IMG/VR virus record: IMGVR_UViG_3300006754_000007
Reading direction: 5' to 3' (one strand)
Length of the DNA stretch: 58,046 nt
DNA from: an uncultured virus (IMG/VR IMGVR_UViG_3300006754_000007)
Taxonomy: Duplodnaviria > Heunggongvirae > Uroviricota > Caudoviricetes
Shown: positions 16,336-25,967 of the stretch, piece after piece
Layout of the letters: every line of letters starts with the position of its first letter
Position numbering within the stretch: position 1 is the first letter of the stretch
The notes under the pieces: generated by a model
Seen by the model: the letters and a program-made list of their open reading frames with translations, nothing else
The model's database searches: none
Told to the model about the DNA's origin: nothing
Position numbers and translations under genes: made by a program

Positions 16336-18153
16336 TTAGAACTGGATGTCAAAGTCGGTGTCTTCGGGGGCCTGCTTCAGTTTAGCAGCCGCTGTCTTGG
16401 CAACGCGGGGGTCGAACCGGGGGGAGAAGCTCACTCCCCAACCAGAGATGCCGTCCTCAATGTTAGGGACCCATTCCACATCCAGGAGAATGTCCTTGGG
16501 GTTGAAAACGTCACCTCCCGGATCACGGGACCTACCCCTTCCGCTGTAAGACGAAATGCTCTCTTCAGCGTAGTGTGTAGCGAGCAGTTCCTGGAGGTCC
16601 TTCTCGATGTCTCTGGCCTTCATTCTCTTTCGGGGGTCCGCGAAATAGACGAGGTCCATTTCCACGAGTTCCTTCATGGCCTTTTCCAAAGGCTCCCTCT
16701 CAGAGAAAATCGTAGTGCCTGAAGGAGTTCTCCCCGCCTCTTTCACGCGGGCTGCTTCAGCCTTGGCCTCGTCAGCCTGGGACTGGTCTTCGGCAGCCTC
16801 TGATTCAGCGTCGAACTTCTCGGCTTCCTGCTCGGAAGCCAACCGAAGTCTCTTGAAGGCGTTGTAGATTTTCATTGTCATGGCGCGGTTGAATGCAGTG
16901 TACTCAAACAGGTTCTCCGCATCCCGGTCTGTCACTTCATCTTCGATTTCAGCGGCAGAAACGCCATAATGGAGGGCCAAGTGCGCCAAGATCCGGCTCT
17001 TTTTGTGAGGCGGCAAGCTATTCAAATACTTTGCGTTGGCAGCACCAGAGCCAGCAGCGGTCTTGGCCTGCTGCTCGGAAGTGCTGACGTTCCTCGCAGT
17101 CTTCAGCAACGGAAGCAAGGCCGCCCTAAGCTCAGGATTTTCACTCGCCAGCCGGATGGTTCTTTCGCGCAGGGAAGCAGACATAGAAGCCGTTCTGGCG
17201 AGGCGCATGGCGTCCTGGAAGACCTGCTGGATGTCGCGGTCCTTCATCAAGGTCTGCTGGAGGCGCTCATCGTTGGCGAGTGCTCGCTCCATGGCTGGAA
17301 GCACCTTGTCCCGGAAGGTTCGGCCTGCCACCTGCCGGGAGATTTCGGTCCCTGTCATTCGGGAGATTGCTTCAGCCAGAGGCTGCTGGTCGATGCCCAT
17401 CCCTCGGGCAGATGGGTTCAGGAGTCCTGGGTCATTGAGGACAGCATCCCAGACTGCTTCTTGGCCTGGGCCTCGAAGCTCCTTGCGAACTGCGCGGTCA
17501 ATGGTCTGAAGCATCCCAGGCTTGTTCACCACGGAGATGCTCAAAGCAGTCTCCGAAGTTCCGGGGTCACTGTAAAACCTGTCGATCATGGATGCCTGAT
17601 CGAAGCCCTCATCGCCAAAGCCTTCATCAATGCTCACATCATGGCGAGAGTCGATGACGTCCATGGCCCGTGCTTTTGCCCATGATCGCAGCGTCCCGGC
17701 GAGGCCCTTCATGTCTACGCGGCCTGCTTTGAGGGCGTTTGCCAGCTTCTTCCCCAGGCGACGGTAGATGGACCCTCCAGATACCTCGTCCATGTTCACG
17801 ATGGTCAAGCCCGCAATCAGGGCCTGGGCGATCTCGTCAGAAGTGTAGGAGGTTCCTTTGATTTGGCCCGCTCCTCCGATGACGGCTCCGTACAAGTCGT
17901 AGTCCCGCCGCATGTCGAAAAACTGCGGGTTGATGTCGGGGAAGTTTTGCTGGATGTCGGGAAATGTGGCAACAGGACGCTGGCTGAGAGAGCCGGGGCG
18001 CATGTTCAATGCCCCCTCCAACACTGTGGCGCGAGCAAACAGGTCGTCCTGAATCCGGGCTTCCTTGAGAAGGTTTGCCAGCTTGCCCTGCAAAGGGTGA
18101 CCTTCAGGAAGGCTCTCTGCAAAAAACTGTGTCCGTGCTGTGATGTTTGTCAT
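16336..18153 (-). CDS. Modular late protein with a possible degenerate sigma-factor-like domain
   Basis: 605 aa; SDEIAQ..LRSWAKARAMDVI..VSIDE..HTH-like segment; several K-x-A linkers. Confidence 0.6.
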   Translation of the reverse strand: MTNITARTQFFAESLPEGHPLQGKLANLLKEARIQDDLFARATVLEGALNMRPGSLSQRPVATFPDIQQNFPDINPQFFDMRRDYDLYGAVIGGAGQIKGTSYTSDEIAQALIAGLTIVNMDEVSGGSIYRRLGKKLANALKAGRVDMKGLAGTLRSWAKARAMDVIDSRHDVSIDEGFGDEGFDQASMIDRFYSDPGTSETALSISVVNKPGMLQTIDRAVRKELRGPGQEAVWDAVLNDPGLLNPSARGMGIDQQPLAEAISRMTGTEISRQVAGRTFRDKVLPAMERALANDERLQQTLMKDRDIQQVFQDAMRLARTASMSASLRERTIRLASENPELRAALLPLLKTARNVSTSEQQAKTAAGSGAANAKYLNSLPPHKKSRILAHLALHYGVSAAEIEDEVTDRDAENLFEYTAFNRAMTMKIYNAFKRLRLASEQEAEKFDAESEAAEDQSQADEAKAEAARVKEAGRTPSGTTIFSEREPLEKAMKELVEMDLVYFADPRKRMKARDIEKDLQELLATHYAEESISSYSGRGRSRDPGGDVFNPKDILLDVEWVPNIEDGISGWGVSFSPRFDPRVAKTAAAKLKQAPEDTDFDIQF

Positions 18154-18176
18154 GCCCGCCTCAACTGAATCTTTCA

Positions 18177-18206
18177 GGGGTTCCCGCTCGAAGGCTGCTC
18201 CGTAGA
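18177..18206 (+). promoter_or_regulatory. Putative early promoter GGGGTT-N18-CGTAGA
   Basis: Exact motif match, oriented toward 18415. Confidence 0.6.
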
Positions 18207-18230
18207 GAGTCCATAGACCTACCCACGCTC

Positions 18231-18245
18231 ATAAGAGGCTTAGCG
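18231..18245 (-). promoter_or_regulatory. Putative late promoter CGCTAAGCCTCTTAT
   Basis: Variant of the 15-mer upstream of 18153. Confidence 0.45.
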
Positions 18246-18414
18246 ATAGACAGAAATAAATCGCCACTCCAGCCTCGCCTAAAGGCGATTCCATGTTACT
18301 CTCCTCATGTTGCGTCCTCGACTCGCTCGGTAAGAGCACTCGTCACCGTCGCAGCGCACTAAACCCCACCAAGACCTTTCGCAGTTCACTGCCCCAGGTC
18401 GAGAAGAGGAACCG

Positions 18415-19662
18415 ATGACTGAAGAAACTAAGTTGAGAGTTCGGACTGTACGTCTCATTGAAGTGATCGACGCGGTCCAATCCAACCTTCGCCTTTCAAG
18501 CCCGTCCACCACCGTTGATGCCTGTGATGCCGCTGTGAAGGCAGCCTTCGCCTCTCTCGGAGAGGAGCAGGGTTGCGGACGCAAGCTCTTCAATCGGGAT
18601 GTCGTTTACGGTCATGGCTATCGAGGTCAATCTGCGGTTAGAGAGTTTGCTACGGACCTCCATGCTGCCTTCAATGGGCGTATGGGTCCGTTGCTCAAGC
18701 GTGTTCGAGAAGCCGACCAGGAAGCTGTGGTAACCACCATCCAAGGACTTGTGACTACGCGAGGCTGGTTGGATGAGCGGATTGCCAATGGGCTGCTTCA
18801 GCGACTCAGCTTCAAGGTCCACCAGCGGTTCCCGTTGGAGACCAGGGACGAGATCCGTGGCGTCGTTCACCTTGCTCTCGCCGTGTGGGCGGCAGAAGGT
18901 AGCTTTGATGCTCACCTTCGGAGAGGGTATCAGCCCAGCTTGACCAACATGACCGACTGGATTGGTCTGAAGGTCATCAACGTGCTTCGGCGTCGTGGAC
19001 AGGATGCTCTTCTGAGAGAGATGCGGGGATCGCGGACAGACCGTGAGTTCAAGGCTGATGGGAAGATCGCAGCCGATGCTCTCGATGTGACTTCCTTCGA
19101 TGTTGTGAAGGACTATGACGAGGATGGGGTTCCCACCGGAGAGACAATGATCGTGGATCGCTCCACGGACGAGGACTCGGGGATCGATCCTGAGTTCTTG
19201 GAGCTTGCTCGGGACTGCCTGAAGGCAGCGCGACCCAAGGCTCATGACCGACTGCTTCGGGTGTTGGACCTGATGTGCGTGGGAGCTTCTCGTCAGGAGA
19301 TCGCAGACCAGGAAGGGATCACCATCCTGCGAGCAGGACACCTCACGGCAAGAGTGCGTGGCGACCTTCGGGAAGCGGTGGTCACTCTGGACATGGCTCG
19401 GGCAATCCTGAGGTACATCGTGGCAGAGCCGTTCGCTACTCGCGGCGAGATCATCGAGGACTTGGGGTACTCCCGTGTCCAGGTTGACAGGGCTGTGCGG
19501 TTGCTCGGAACACGAGGGATGTTGGCGGTTCACACCGGGCACAGCTATCGGGCAACGGATGCAGGGCTGTCTGGGGAAGAGAGCCTGAGGCTTACCTTCG
19601 GGATGCCCTCGGAGAGGCACGGCGTCATTGTTCACGAGGGAAGCTGGGGTAGCGGCACCTAA
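18415..19662 (+). CDS. Sigma-factor-like protein with a C-terminal winged helix
   Basis: Region-2-like WIGLKVINVLRRR, region-4-like GASRQEIADQEGIT, wHTH ATRGEIIEDLGYSRVQVDRAVRLL. Confidence 0.6.
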   Translation: MTEETKLRVRTVRLIEVIDAVQSNLRLSSPSTTVDACDAAVKAAFASLGEEQGCGRKLFNRDVVYGHGYRGQSAVREFATDLHAAFNGRMGPLLKRVREADQEAVVTTIQGLVTTRGWLDERIANGLLQRLSFKVHQRFPLETRDEIRGVVHLALAVWAAEGSFDAHLRRGYQPSLTNMTDWIGLKVINVLRRRGQDALLREMRGSRTDREFKADGKIAADALDVTSFDVVKDYDEDGVPTGETMIVDRSTDEDSGIDPEFLELARDCLKAARPKAHDRLLRVLDLMCVGASRQEIADQEGITILRAGHLTARVRGDLREAVVTLDMARAILRYIVAEPFATRGEIIEDLGYSRVQVDRAVRLLGTRGMLAVHTGHSYRATDAGLSGEESLRLTFGMPSERHGVIVHEGSWGSGT

Positions 19663-20009
19663 GCCTCTGCAAAGGCGTTCCAGGCAGGCACAGTCGCAGA
19701 GGGGGTGTCAGCCTTGGTGCAGCCGTCATTGTCCGTCAGAACGGCGTCCATGATGACTGAGCAATAGGGGGTGGCCCCGTCAGGGTCATGGATCACGATG
19801 CAGTTGTGGGAGGTATCCCCAAACTGGACCTTTTGGTTCAGGGCTTGGAGCGAAGTACCACCAATGCCCCGCACCGCCTTGCCTGCTCGCCACAGAGCTT
19901 CTCCTATTTCCTCATAAGATGCTTGATGCTCAATAGGCCGCACGGAATCACCGACAAGCTCGGCAAACCAGACCCCATAAGGACTACGATTCTTCTTCAG
20001 TTCTTGCAT
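19659..20009 (-). CDS. Hypothetical protein
   Basis: Start MQELKK after GAGGGG; converges on the 18415 gene. Confidence 0.6.
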   Translation of the reverse strand: MQELKKNRSPYGVWFAELVGDSVRPIEHQASYEEIGEALWRAGKAVRGIGGTSLQALNQKVQFGDTSHNCIVIHDPDGATPYCSVIMDAVLTDNDGCTKADTPSATVPAWNAFAEA

Positions 20010-20084
20010 CACACCCCCTCGCTCAATAGAGTACCCAGCGCCAAGCCCCATAACGGGTGTCTTGAGCTTTCTGAGCAGCATGGC

Positions 20085-20470
20085 CGATTGACTTGATCGT
20101 GTGCTTGTCTGACTTGGAGGGTGTCAGGATCTGGGAAACCAGAGCGGTAAGGAACCCCGCCGCTTGGATGTGAACTTCAACCAGGAGCCAGCAACATAGG
20201 GAACTTGAAGGGTTGCTCCACACCTCCTCGGAGACGGAGCCTCAGAATCAGCTTCTACTTCGGCCCTCGAAAGAGGCGAGCCGCTTAGAGAGTAGGATTC
20301 CTCGAACCCCCTTACGGACGATGCCCCCGCTTCCAGCCAAGTCATAGGAAGTAGATCAGGGATAGAAGGTAAGGAGAACCGTAGGTTCGACTGAAATAGA
20401 ACGAGCGTAGCGAGAGATAAGACAGGTAGAGAGAGTAAGAGCAGTAAAGAATCTAAGGAACCAACTACTT
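20085..20470 (+). other. Non-coding structured and purine-skewed region (candidate ncRNA and/or origin)
   Basis: GAAA-tetraloop hairpins, then an A/G-rich tract containing CGAGCGTAGCGAG. Confidence 0.4.
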
Positions 20471-20512
20471 CTTCAATGAAGTTGCTATCAGTTTTCCCCC
20501 ATAGGAGACACC

Positions 20513-21034
20513 ATGAGCTTCTATGGAAACCGGGGCGGCCATGCCCCTGTTAGAACAGCTACCCAGTTGTCTGAGGTCTTGAGGGGTCCCCTCTACCTTG
20601 TCCTTACAGGCACGGTTGACGTGATCTTCCCTCAGACAGGTCGTGCTGCACCTTCTGCCAAGGTGGGCTTCCGGGCTGTTCGTCCTATGGGGAGTGATGC
20701 AGAGCTTCTTGCGAGCGGTACCTGGATCAACTGGAAGCAGTGGAACGAAGTTGTGGTTCCGTTGTTCGAGGACCAGCGGGTAACTGCTTGGTTTGGAACT
20801 CTTGGGGGCGATACCGGGGACGATGTCGTGTTGCCTCGGGATATTTATGTGCCTGGGGGAAGCGGAGAGATCGCCACTACCTCTGGCGGCACGGTCTTGT
20901 CTGAAGGCACTGTTGTGGGCACCAAGACCCCGACTCAGAGGCAGGTTGCCTCCATGTTCCTTTCCTCGGATGAGTACATCACTGCCCTTGGCGGCCTGAT
21001 CCTCTTGTACGCCCAGGCTGCCGGGTACGAGTGA
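20513..21034 (+). CDS. Hypothetical protein
   Basis: AGGAGA RBS, 173 aa, weak late-type motif at 20474-20488. Confidence 0.75.
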   Translation: MSFYGNRGGHAPVRTATQLSEVLRGPLYLVLTGTVDVIFPQTGRAAPSAKVGFRAVRPMGSDAELLASGTWINWKQWNEVVVPLFEDQRVTAWFGTLGGDTGDDVVLPRDIYVPGGSGEIATTSGGTVLSEGTVVGTKTPTQRQVASMFLSSDEYITALGGLILLYAQAAGYE

Positions 21035-21042
21035 GAATCAAG

Positions 21043-21070
21043 GGGGTCGAAGCAGGGCGCTGGCGGGTAC
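21043..21070 (+). promoter_or_regulatory. Putative middle promoter GGGGT-N17-GGGTAC
   Basis: Recurrent motif. Confidence 0.55.
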
Positions 21071-21079
21071 TGGTTTACT

Positions 21080-21286
21080 ATGAGCCAGCCCCCAAAACGC
21101 AGACCCCCAACTCCCCGGAAAGCCCATCCTGATGAGGGCAAGCAGGTGTGGGTTGCGTGTCGTGCGAGTCACGGGTGTGAAGGAAAGCAGTCCGAAATCG
21201 CTATGCGGTTCAAGCTCCCCGCAGGGGGCAACGCCATCCACTACACCTGCCTCACTTGTCGTGGCCGATTTGTCATTCGCGTCTGA
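21080..21286 (+). CDS. Small zinc-ribbon protein
   Basis: CRASHGC..CLTC; TGATG-coupled to the next gene. Confidence 0.7.
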   Translation: MSQPPKRRPPTPRKAHPDEGKQVWVACRASHGCEGKQSEIAMRFKLPAGGNAIHYTCLTCRGRFVIRV

Positions 21287-21894
21287 TGGGTTTGTTGAGG
21301 CTTTACTTCGGACCTGCTGCTCGGGATAAGGCTATTCAAGCCGCCGAATCGCTGGGGCGTCTTGTCTCAGATCCGGTGGGGGATGCGGGCCTCAAGGTCG
21401 ATGATTCCCGCGCCATCGTGGCACTTGCTGCTTATGCAGGGATCGGGGATCGAAAGCCCGTTGTGGTTGTGGGTCCTGTGGATGAGGCCACACCAGAAGC
21501 AGCCGACGCTCTTCTCAAGACCCTTGAAGAGATGGCGACAGGCTCGCTCCAGATTGTTCTGTGGGCACATCATCGGAACGCTGTCATACCCACCATCCTT
21601 TCCCGGACACATCCGACATGGTGTCCCGGACCTCCTTTGGTTCGATGGGAGGACAGGGATGGGGTGGATGAGCTTTGGAGTGCCCTCGCCATCAACGATT
21701 CAGGGGCAGCTTTATGTGTGCTTCGAGATCACAAGGGTTCTGAAACGGATCTGCTTCAGGGGGTCGTGGCCCACCTCGAAGACACCTGTGAGAATCCTGC
21801 TTCCATAAAGCTCTGGGTTCGAGTTCGAGAGGCGCTGGAGAAAACTCCGGTCAGTGCATTGCGTGCAGCAGACGCCATCTTGGATGTGTCCTGA
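21286..21894 (+). CDS. Clamp-loader delta-prime-like subunit (shortened)
   Basis: DEATPEAADALLKTLEE and VIPTILSR are HolB/DnaX-family motifs. Confidence 0.7.
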   Translation: MGLLRLYFGPAARDKAIQAAESLGRLVSDPVGDAGLKVDDSRAIVALAAYAGIGDRKPVVVVGPVDEATPEAADALLKTLEEMATGSLQIVLWAHHRNAVIPTILSRTHPTWCPGPPLVRWEDRDGVDELWSALAINDSGAALCVLRDHKGSETDLLQGVVAHLEDTCENPASIKLWVRVREALEKTPVSALRAADAILDVS

Positions 21895-22901
21895 TGTCCT
21901 CGGAAACCTGGGCCAACCCACGCCGCGTAGTCGCTATTTCTGGCAGCGAGACCTTTCTCTGGAACCGGGAGCTTCAGCTTGCATCCCGAGAAGCCTCGAA
22001 AGCGGGAAGGCGCGTCATCTGGGTGGAGGGCACAGACCCCACATCCGAAGTGGAAGATGCCCTTAGCTGCGCGGGGACTTTCGGGGAAACCATCCTTGTA
22101 GTGGTGAGGCACGGGTCGAAGTTGGACCCCCAGGTAGTTCAGCGTCATGGGGTTGATGAGAACACCTTGTCCACGTTGCTCTTGTTGCATGAGGGGGACT
22201 TGAAGAAGAAGCCTGCGGTTTTCGAGGACCCTTCCGTCCTTCATCTGGCTATCGAACGTCCCAGTTCTCGGAAAGATCGGGGGAAGGTGGCTGTCCGGTT
22301 CGCGGCCTACGAGGCAAATCGGCTGCTTCCAGGAAGCACGTTGGACCCGAAGTTGGCAGATGGTCTTGTTTACGCCGTGGGGACGGATCTTGGAATCATC
22401 TCTCAGGAGCTTCTGAAGGCCACTTCCTTGGCGAAGGCACAGGGTTCCCCGGAGGTTCAGTTTTCTCATGTTCGGGACACCCTTCGTGTCTCGGCTGAGA
22501 TGGACCTGCGTCCATTGTCCCAGGCCCTGGTGGCAGCAAACGCCGCCAAAACCATCAAGGCTTTGCATCGACTCAAGGGTTCTATTTCCGGGGACCCCCT
22601 GATGCTCTTGCTTCGAGCACGGGGAGGGCCGGGACACTTGGCATTGGAGTGGTTGGCGGCAAGTTATCTACTTGAAAAGAGGGTGGATTCACAGGGGATT
22701 GCGGAGAGGTTGGGCGTCCCCCGATGGGCGGTAGAAAGGGATGTGATTCCAGCAGCCCGTCGATGGGGAACCTCGAATCTTCGGTGGCTTGTGCATGGGC
22801 TGTCTGAGGTGGAGGCGGCAGTTCTCCGTGGTTCCGCGACCCCGTGGGTAGCCTTGGTTGCCGTGCTTGCTGGAGGGTGTCGCCGCACCCGTTCCCGGTA
22901 G
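21894..22901 (+). CDS. Clamp-loader delta (HolA-like) subunit
   Basis: ISGSETFL N-terminus, LVYAVGTDLGIISQELLK, IAERLGVPRW; size matches HolA. Confidence 0.7.
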   Translation: MSSETWANPRRVVAISGSETFLWNRELQLASREASKAGRRVIWVEGTDPTSEVEDALSCAGTFGETILVVVRHGSKLDPQVVQRHGVDENTLSTLLLLHEGDLKKKPAVFEDPSVLHLAIERPSSRKDRGKVAVRFAAYEANRLLPGSTLDPKLADGLVYAVGTDLGIISQELLKATSLAKAQGSPEVQFSHVRDTLRVSAEMDLRPLSQALVAANAAKTIKALHRLKGSISGDPLMLLLRARGGPGHLALEWLAASYLLEKRVDSQGIAERLGVPRWAVERDVIPAARRWGTSNLRWLVHGLSEVEAAVLRGSATPWVALVAVLAGGCRRTRSR

Positions 22902-22958
22902 CCCTTCAATAGCCGCTGACCAATACGCCTTTCCCCGTAGACGACCAGGAGCCGCCGA

Positions 22959-25001
22959 ATGAATCCCGACGCCCACCCCTCTCAATCGCGCTCCCTTTCC
23001 AGCTTCTTTGTGTCGGTTGAGGAGAAGAGGCAGCTTGAGGAGGTGCCTCCGACAACATTCCCCAACGCGCTCTCCCGGTTTGTCTTTACACGCACCTATC
23101 CTCGTTGGCGGGAGGAAGAAGGTAGGCGTGAGACTCTCGAAGAAGCTGTGGATCGCTACGTTGGATTTCTACGCGGATGTCGAAACATCCCGGCCCCTGT
23201 TCTGACCGACATCCGGGAATCCATTCTTCGTTTCGAGGCTCTCCCTTCTATGCGGGCCTTGTGGGCAGCGGGTCCTGCTGCTGCTCGTGACAACACGATG
23301 TTCTACAACTGCGCGTTTATCCCCATGGACTCTCTGCGCTCTTTCAGCGAGCTTCTCTACATCTTGATGATGGGCACGGGTGTCGGCTACTCCGTGGAGA
23401 GGGAGTTTGTGGACAACCTCCCTCTCGTTGCAGGCCGGACAGAGCACCCTGTTCTGTACACCATTGAGGACAGCACAGAGGGCTGGGCCAACGCGGTCTT
23501 CGACGGACTTACCATGATGTGGAAGGGGGATACGGTTGATTTCGACTACTCCCAGATCCGTCCGGCAGGTGCTCGGCTGAAGACGAAGGGTGGCCGTGCT
23601 TCGGGGCCTGAGCCTCTTCGCCGTCTCCTGGATTTCTGTCAGAAGACCGTTGATGCTGCTTCAGGCCGCAAGCTCAGTTCGGTTGAGGTTTCGGACATCG
23701 CCTGCATGATCGGTGAGATCGTGATGGCAGGTGGCGTGAGGCGTGCCGCACTGATTTGCTTCAGCGACCCTGATGACGACGACATGCGACATGCCAAGGA
23801 CTGGAGCAAGGGGGACTTCCCTACTTGCCGGTACATGGCGAACTTCAGTGCCTTCTGGAAGCAGAAGCCAAACAAGAAGACCTTCATGAAGGAATGGAGC
23901 ACGCTGAAGAACAGCGGCTCCGGTGAGCGGGGCTTCTTCATGTTCCCCGTCGGTAAACGCTCGGAGCGTCGTGGGGACTGTCGTTCCAACCCCTGTGGGG
24001 AAATCCTCCTTCGCTACGCCACCAGCACCGACCCTTGGACGGGTGAGGGCGGCGGCGGCCAGTTCTGCAACCTCTCGGCTGCTGTGATGCGTCCTGAGGA
24101 TACGGTCGAGACCTTCGCCAAGAAGATCCGCACGGCTACCTGGATTGGAGCCATCCAGGCCACCTTCACGCACTTCCCATACCTGCGTCCCGCGTGGTCC
24201 CAGCATTGTGAGGAAGATCGACTGTTGGGCGTGGACATCACGGGGCACTGTGACAATCCGACACTGTCGTGCGACTCGGAAGCCATGAAGCACTTCAACG
24301 CCGTTGCTCGGGAAACCGCAGCCGTGGCCGCTGCGTGGTTTGACATGCCTATGCCTGCTTCCATCACTTGTGGGAAGCCCAGCGGGAACTCCAGTCAGCT
24401 TGTGGACTGCGCCAGCGGGTTCCACAGCCGGTACGCCCCTTACTACATTCGTCGGGTTCGCATCTCGGGGAACGACCCCTTGTTCCATCTGGTTCGTGAT
24501 TCTGGTGCCCCCGTCTTCAAGGACAACCAATACAAGGACACCCCAGACGATGAGTGTCCTACTTGGGTGGTGGAGTTCCCCGTCAAGTCCCCGGAGAAGG
24601 CGATGACTCGGAAGGATGAGTCAGCGTTGATGCAGCTTCGGCGCTACTACCATGTCATGAAGTCCTGGTGTTCGGTTCGGGGCCACAACCAGTCCGCTAC
24701 GGTGTATGTCCGGGAGCATGAGTGGGAGGAGGTCGGCAACTGGCTCTTCGAGAACTTCGATGAGGTCACTGGCCTGAGCTTCTTGCCTTACGAGGACCAC
24801 AAGTACGATCTCGCGCCGTATGAGGAACTTAGCCAGGAAGAGTACGAGCAGCGGGTCCAAGACTTCCCTGACATCGACTACTCCCTGCTCACCCACTACG
24901 AGAAGGAAGACATGGGCACTGGTTCTCGGGAACTGGCCTGTGTCGGCGGGGCGTGTGAAATCGACTTCGACAAGCTCTCGATGGAAGCTACCCAGAGCTA
25001 A
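22959..25001 (+). CDS. nrdJ: Class II adenosylcobalamin-dependent ribonucleotide reductase
   Basis: RTYPR, YNCAF, GGVRRAA, SNPCGEI, KPSGNSSQL, and C-terminal ACVGGAC. Confidence 0.9.
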   Translation: MNPDAHPSQSRSLSSFFVSVEEKRQLEEVPPTTFPNALSRFVFTRTYPRWREEEGRRETLEEAVDRYVGFLRGCRNIPAPVLTDIRESILRFEALPSMRALWAAGPAAARDNTMFYNCAFIPMDSLRSFSELLYILMMGTGVGYSVEREFVDNLPLVAGRTEHPVLYTIEDSTEGWANAVFDGLTMMWKGDTVDFDYSQIRPAGARLKTKGGRASGPEPLRRLLDFCQKTVDAASGRKLSSVEVSDIACMIGEIVMAGGVRRAALICFSDPDDDDMRHAKDWSKGDFPTCRYMANFSAFWKQKPNKKTFMKEWSTLKNSGSGERGFFMFPVGKRSERRGDCRSNPCGEILLRYATSTDPWTGEGGGGQFCNLSAAVMRPEDTVETFAKKIRTATWIGAIQATFTHFPYLRPAWSQHCEEDRLLGVDITGHCDNPTLSCDSEAMKHFNAVARETAAVAAAWFDMPMPASITCGKPSGNSSQLVDCASGFHSRYAPYYIRRVRISGNDPLFHLVRDSGAPVFKDNQYKDTPDDECPTWVVEFPVKSPEKAMTRKDESALMQLRRYYHVMKSWCSVRGHNQSATVYVREHEWEEVGNWLFENFDEVTGLSFLPYEDHKYDLAPYEELSQEEYEQRVQDFPDIDYSLLTHYEKEDMGTGSRELACVGGACEIDFDKLSMEATQS

Positions 25002-25176
25002 CGGTTCGCCGCTGCACTATGCAGTGGTTGAGGGCCAGGATGCAGCTATGGCACCAGTGCTTGGAGGACTCCGTGTCCTTCCAGCGCACTTCCTGGTCTG
25101 TGCCACACTTCTCGCACTTGTGGTCTTTGTCCCGCCACTCGTTGTTATGGGACACCATCACTACTGATTGTTTCAC
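24988..25176 (-). CDS. Small zinc-binding protein
   Basis: CEKC..CHSC; GTGA overlap with the upstream gene. Confidence 0.65.
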   Translation of the reverse strand: MKQSVVMVSHNNEWRDKDHKCEKCGTDQEVRWKDTESSKHWCHSCILALNHCIVQRRTVSSG

Positions 25177-25967
25177 ACCTCAATCTCCTTTTGCCGGGTC
25201 TGCTCTCGCTCCACGGCCTTTCTTACCCTGGTCCAATCGTCTTTGTGTACAACTTGAATCGCGTGGAACATGGGGTAGCCGTTGATTGCGCGGGGGAAGG
25301 TGTCCTTCATGTTTCCCACGATGGCCCCAATGTCCTCGCTCCAGCGCGAAAAGATGCGGTCATGGCGTTCTACCCACTCGTCGTAGAGGCGTTGACGTTC
25401 TTCTGCTCGCCCTGTGTGGACGATAAGGGCGGCTTGCCACGCCCCTATAGCGAGGTCATGCTCGGCTTCGATGCGGATACGCTCTTGTGCCCCCGCCTCA
25501 AGTGCCTCGTGCCATTCTCGTGAAGCAGCTTCCCAGGCACGGATGCGGCGGGTGTTCTCGGTGTCGAGGATTTCCTGGGCCTTTGCCACCATGTCCTCGT
25601 CTACCTCACCCCACTCCAGGTCCTTGAGCACCTGGGGGTCCAGCTTGCCCAGAACAGGCTTCTCGGGAGGGTCGCCAGGGCCTTGCGGATAGCCCGGAAA
25701 CTCAGGCTTGGGGGGATCGCCATCCAAAGTCTCAGGAGGGCTTGTAGACCCCATGAGGGCCTCTCGTAGCTCTTCGGGAGGTCCCAGTGCCCCCATCGCC
25801 AGGGGCATGAACACCAACTTCACAGAGGGCGCATCCACTTGGTCTGTGGAGAGGGCCTGACCCGAGAGGAGGTTCAGCACCAGTTGGCGCATGTCTTCCT
25901 TGGAGAGACGAGGAACGCCCCGGATGACCCGAGGCTCTCCTTCTTCGTGTTCGACTCGGTGGCTCAT
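25173..25967 (-). CDS. Hypothetical protein
   Basis: ATGA overlap; Pro-rich middle; C-terminal PRAINGYPMF. Confidence 0.75.
   Translation of the reverse strand: MSHRVEHEEGEPRVIRGVPRLSKEDMRQLVLNLLSGQALSTDQVDAPSVKLVFMPLAMGALGPPEELREALMGSTSPPETLDGDPPKPEFPGYPQGPGDPPEKPVLGKLDPQVLKDLEWGEVDEDMVAKAQEILDTENTRRIRAWEAASREWHEALEAGAQERIRIEAEHDLAIGAWQAALIVHTGRAEERQRLYDEWVERHDRIFSRWSEDIGAIVGNMKDTFPRAINGYPMFHAIQVVHKDDWTRVRKAVEREQTRQKEIEV

Noticed and set aside
18161..18214. Minus-strand uORF MDSLRSSLRAGTPERFS as a third interrupted N-terminus
   Set aside because: It is out of frame with the 18153 start and overlaps the divergent promoter.
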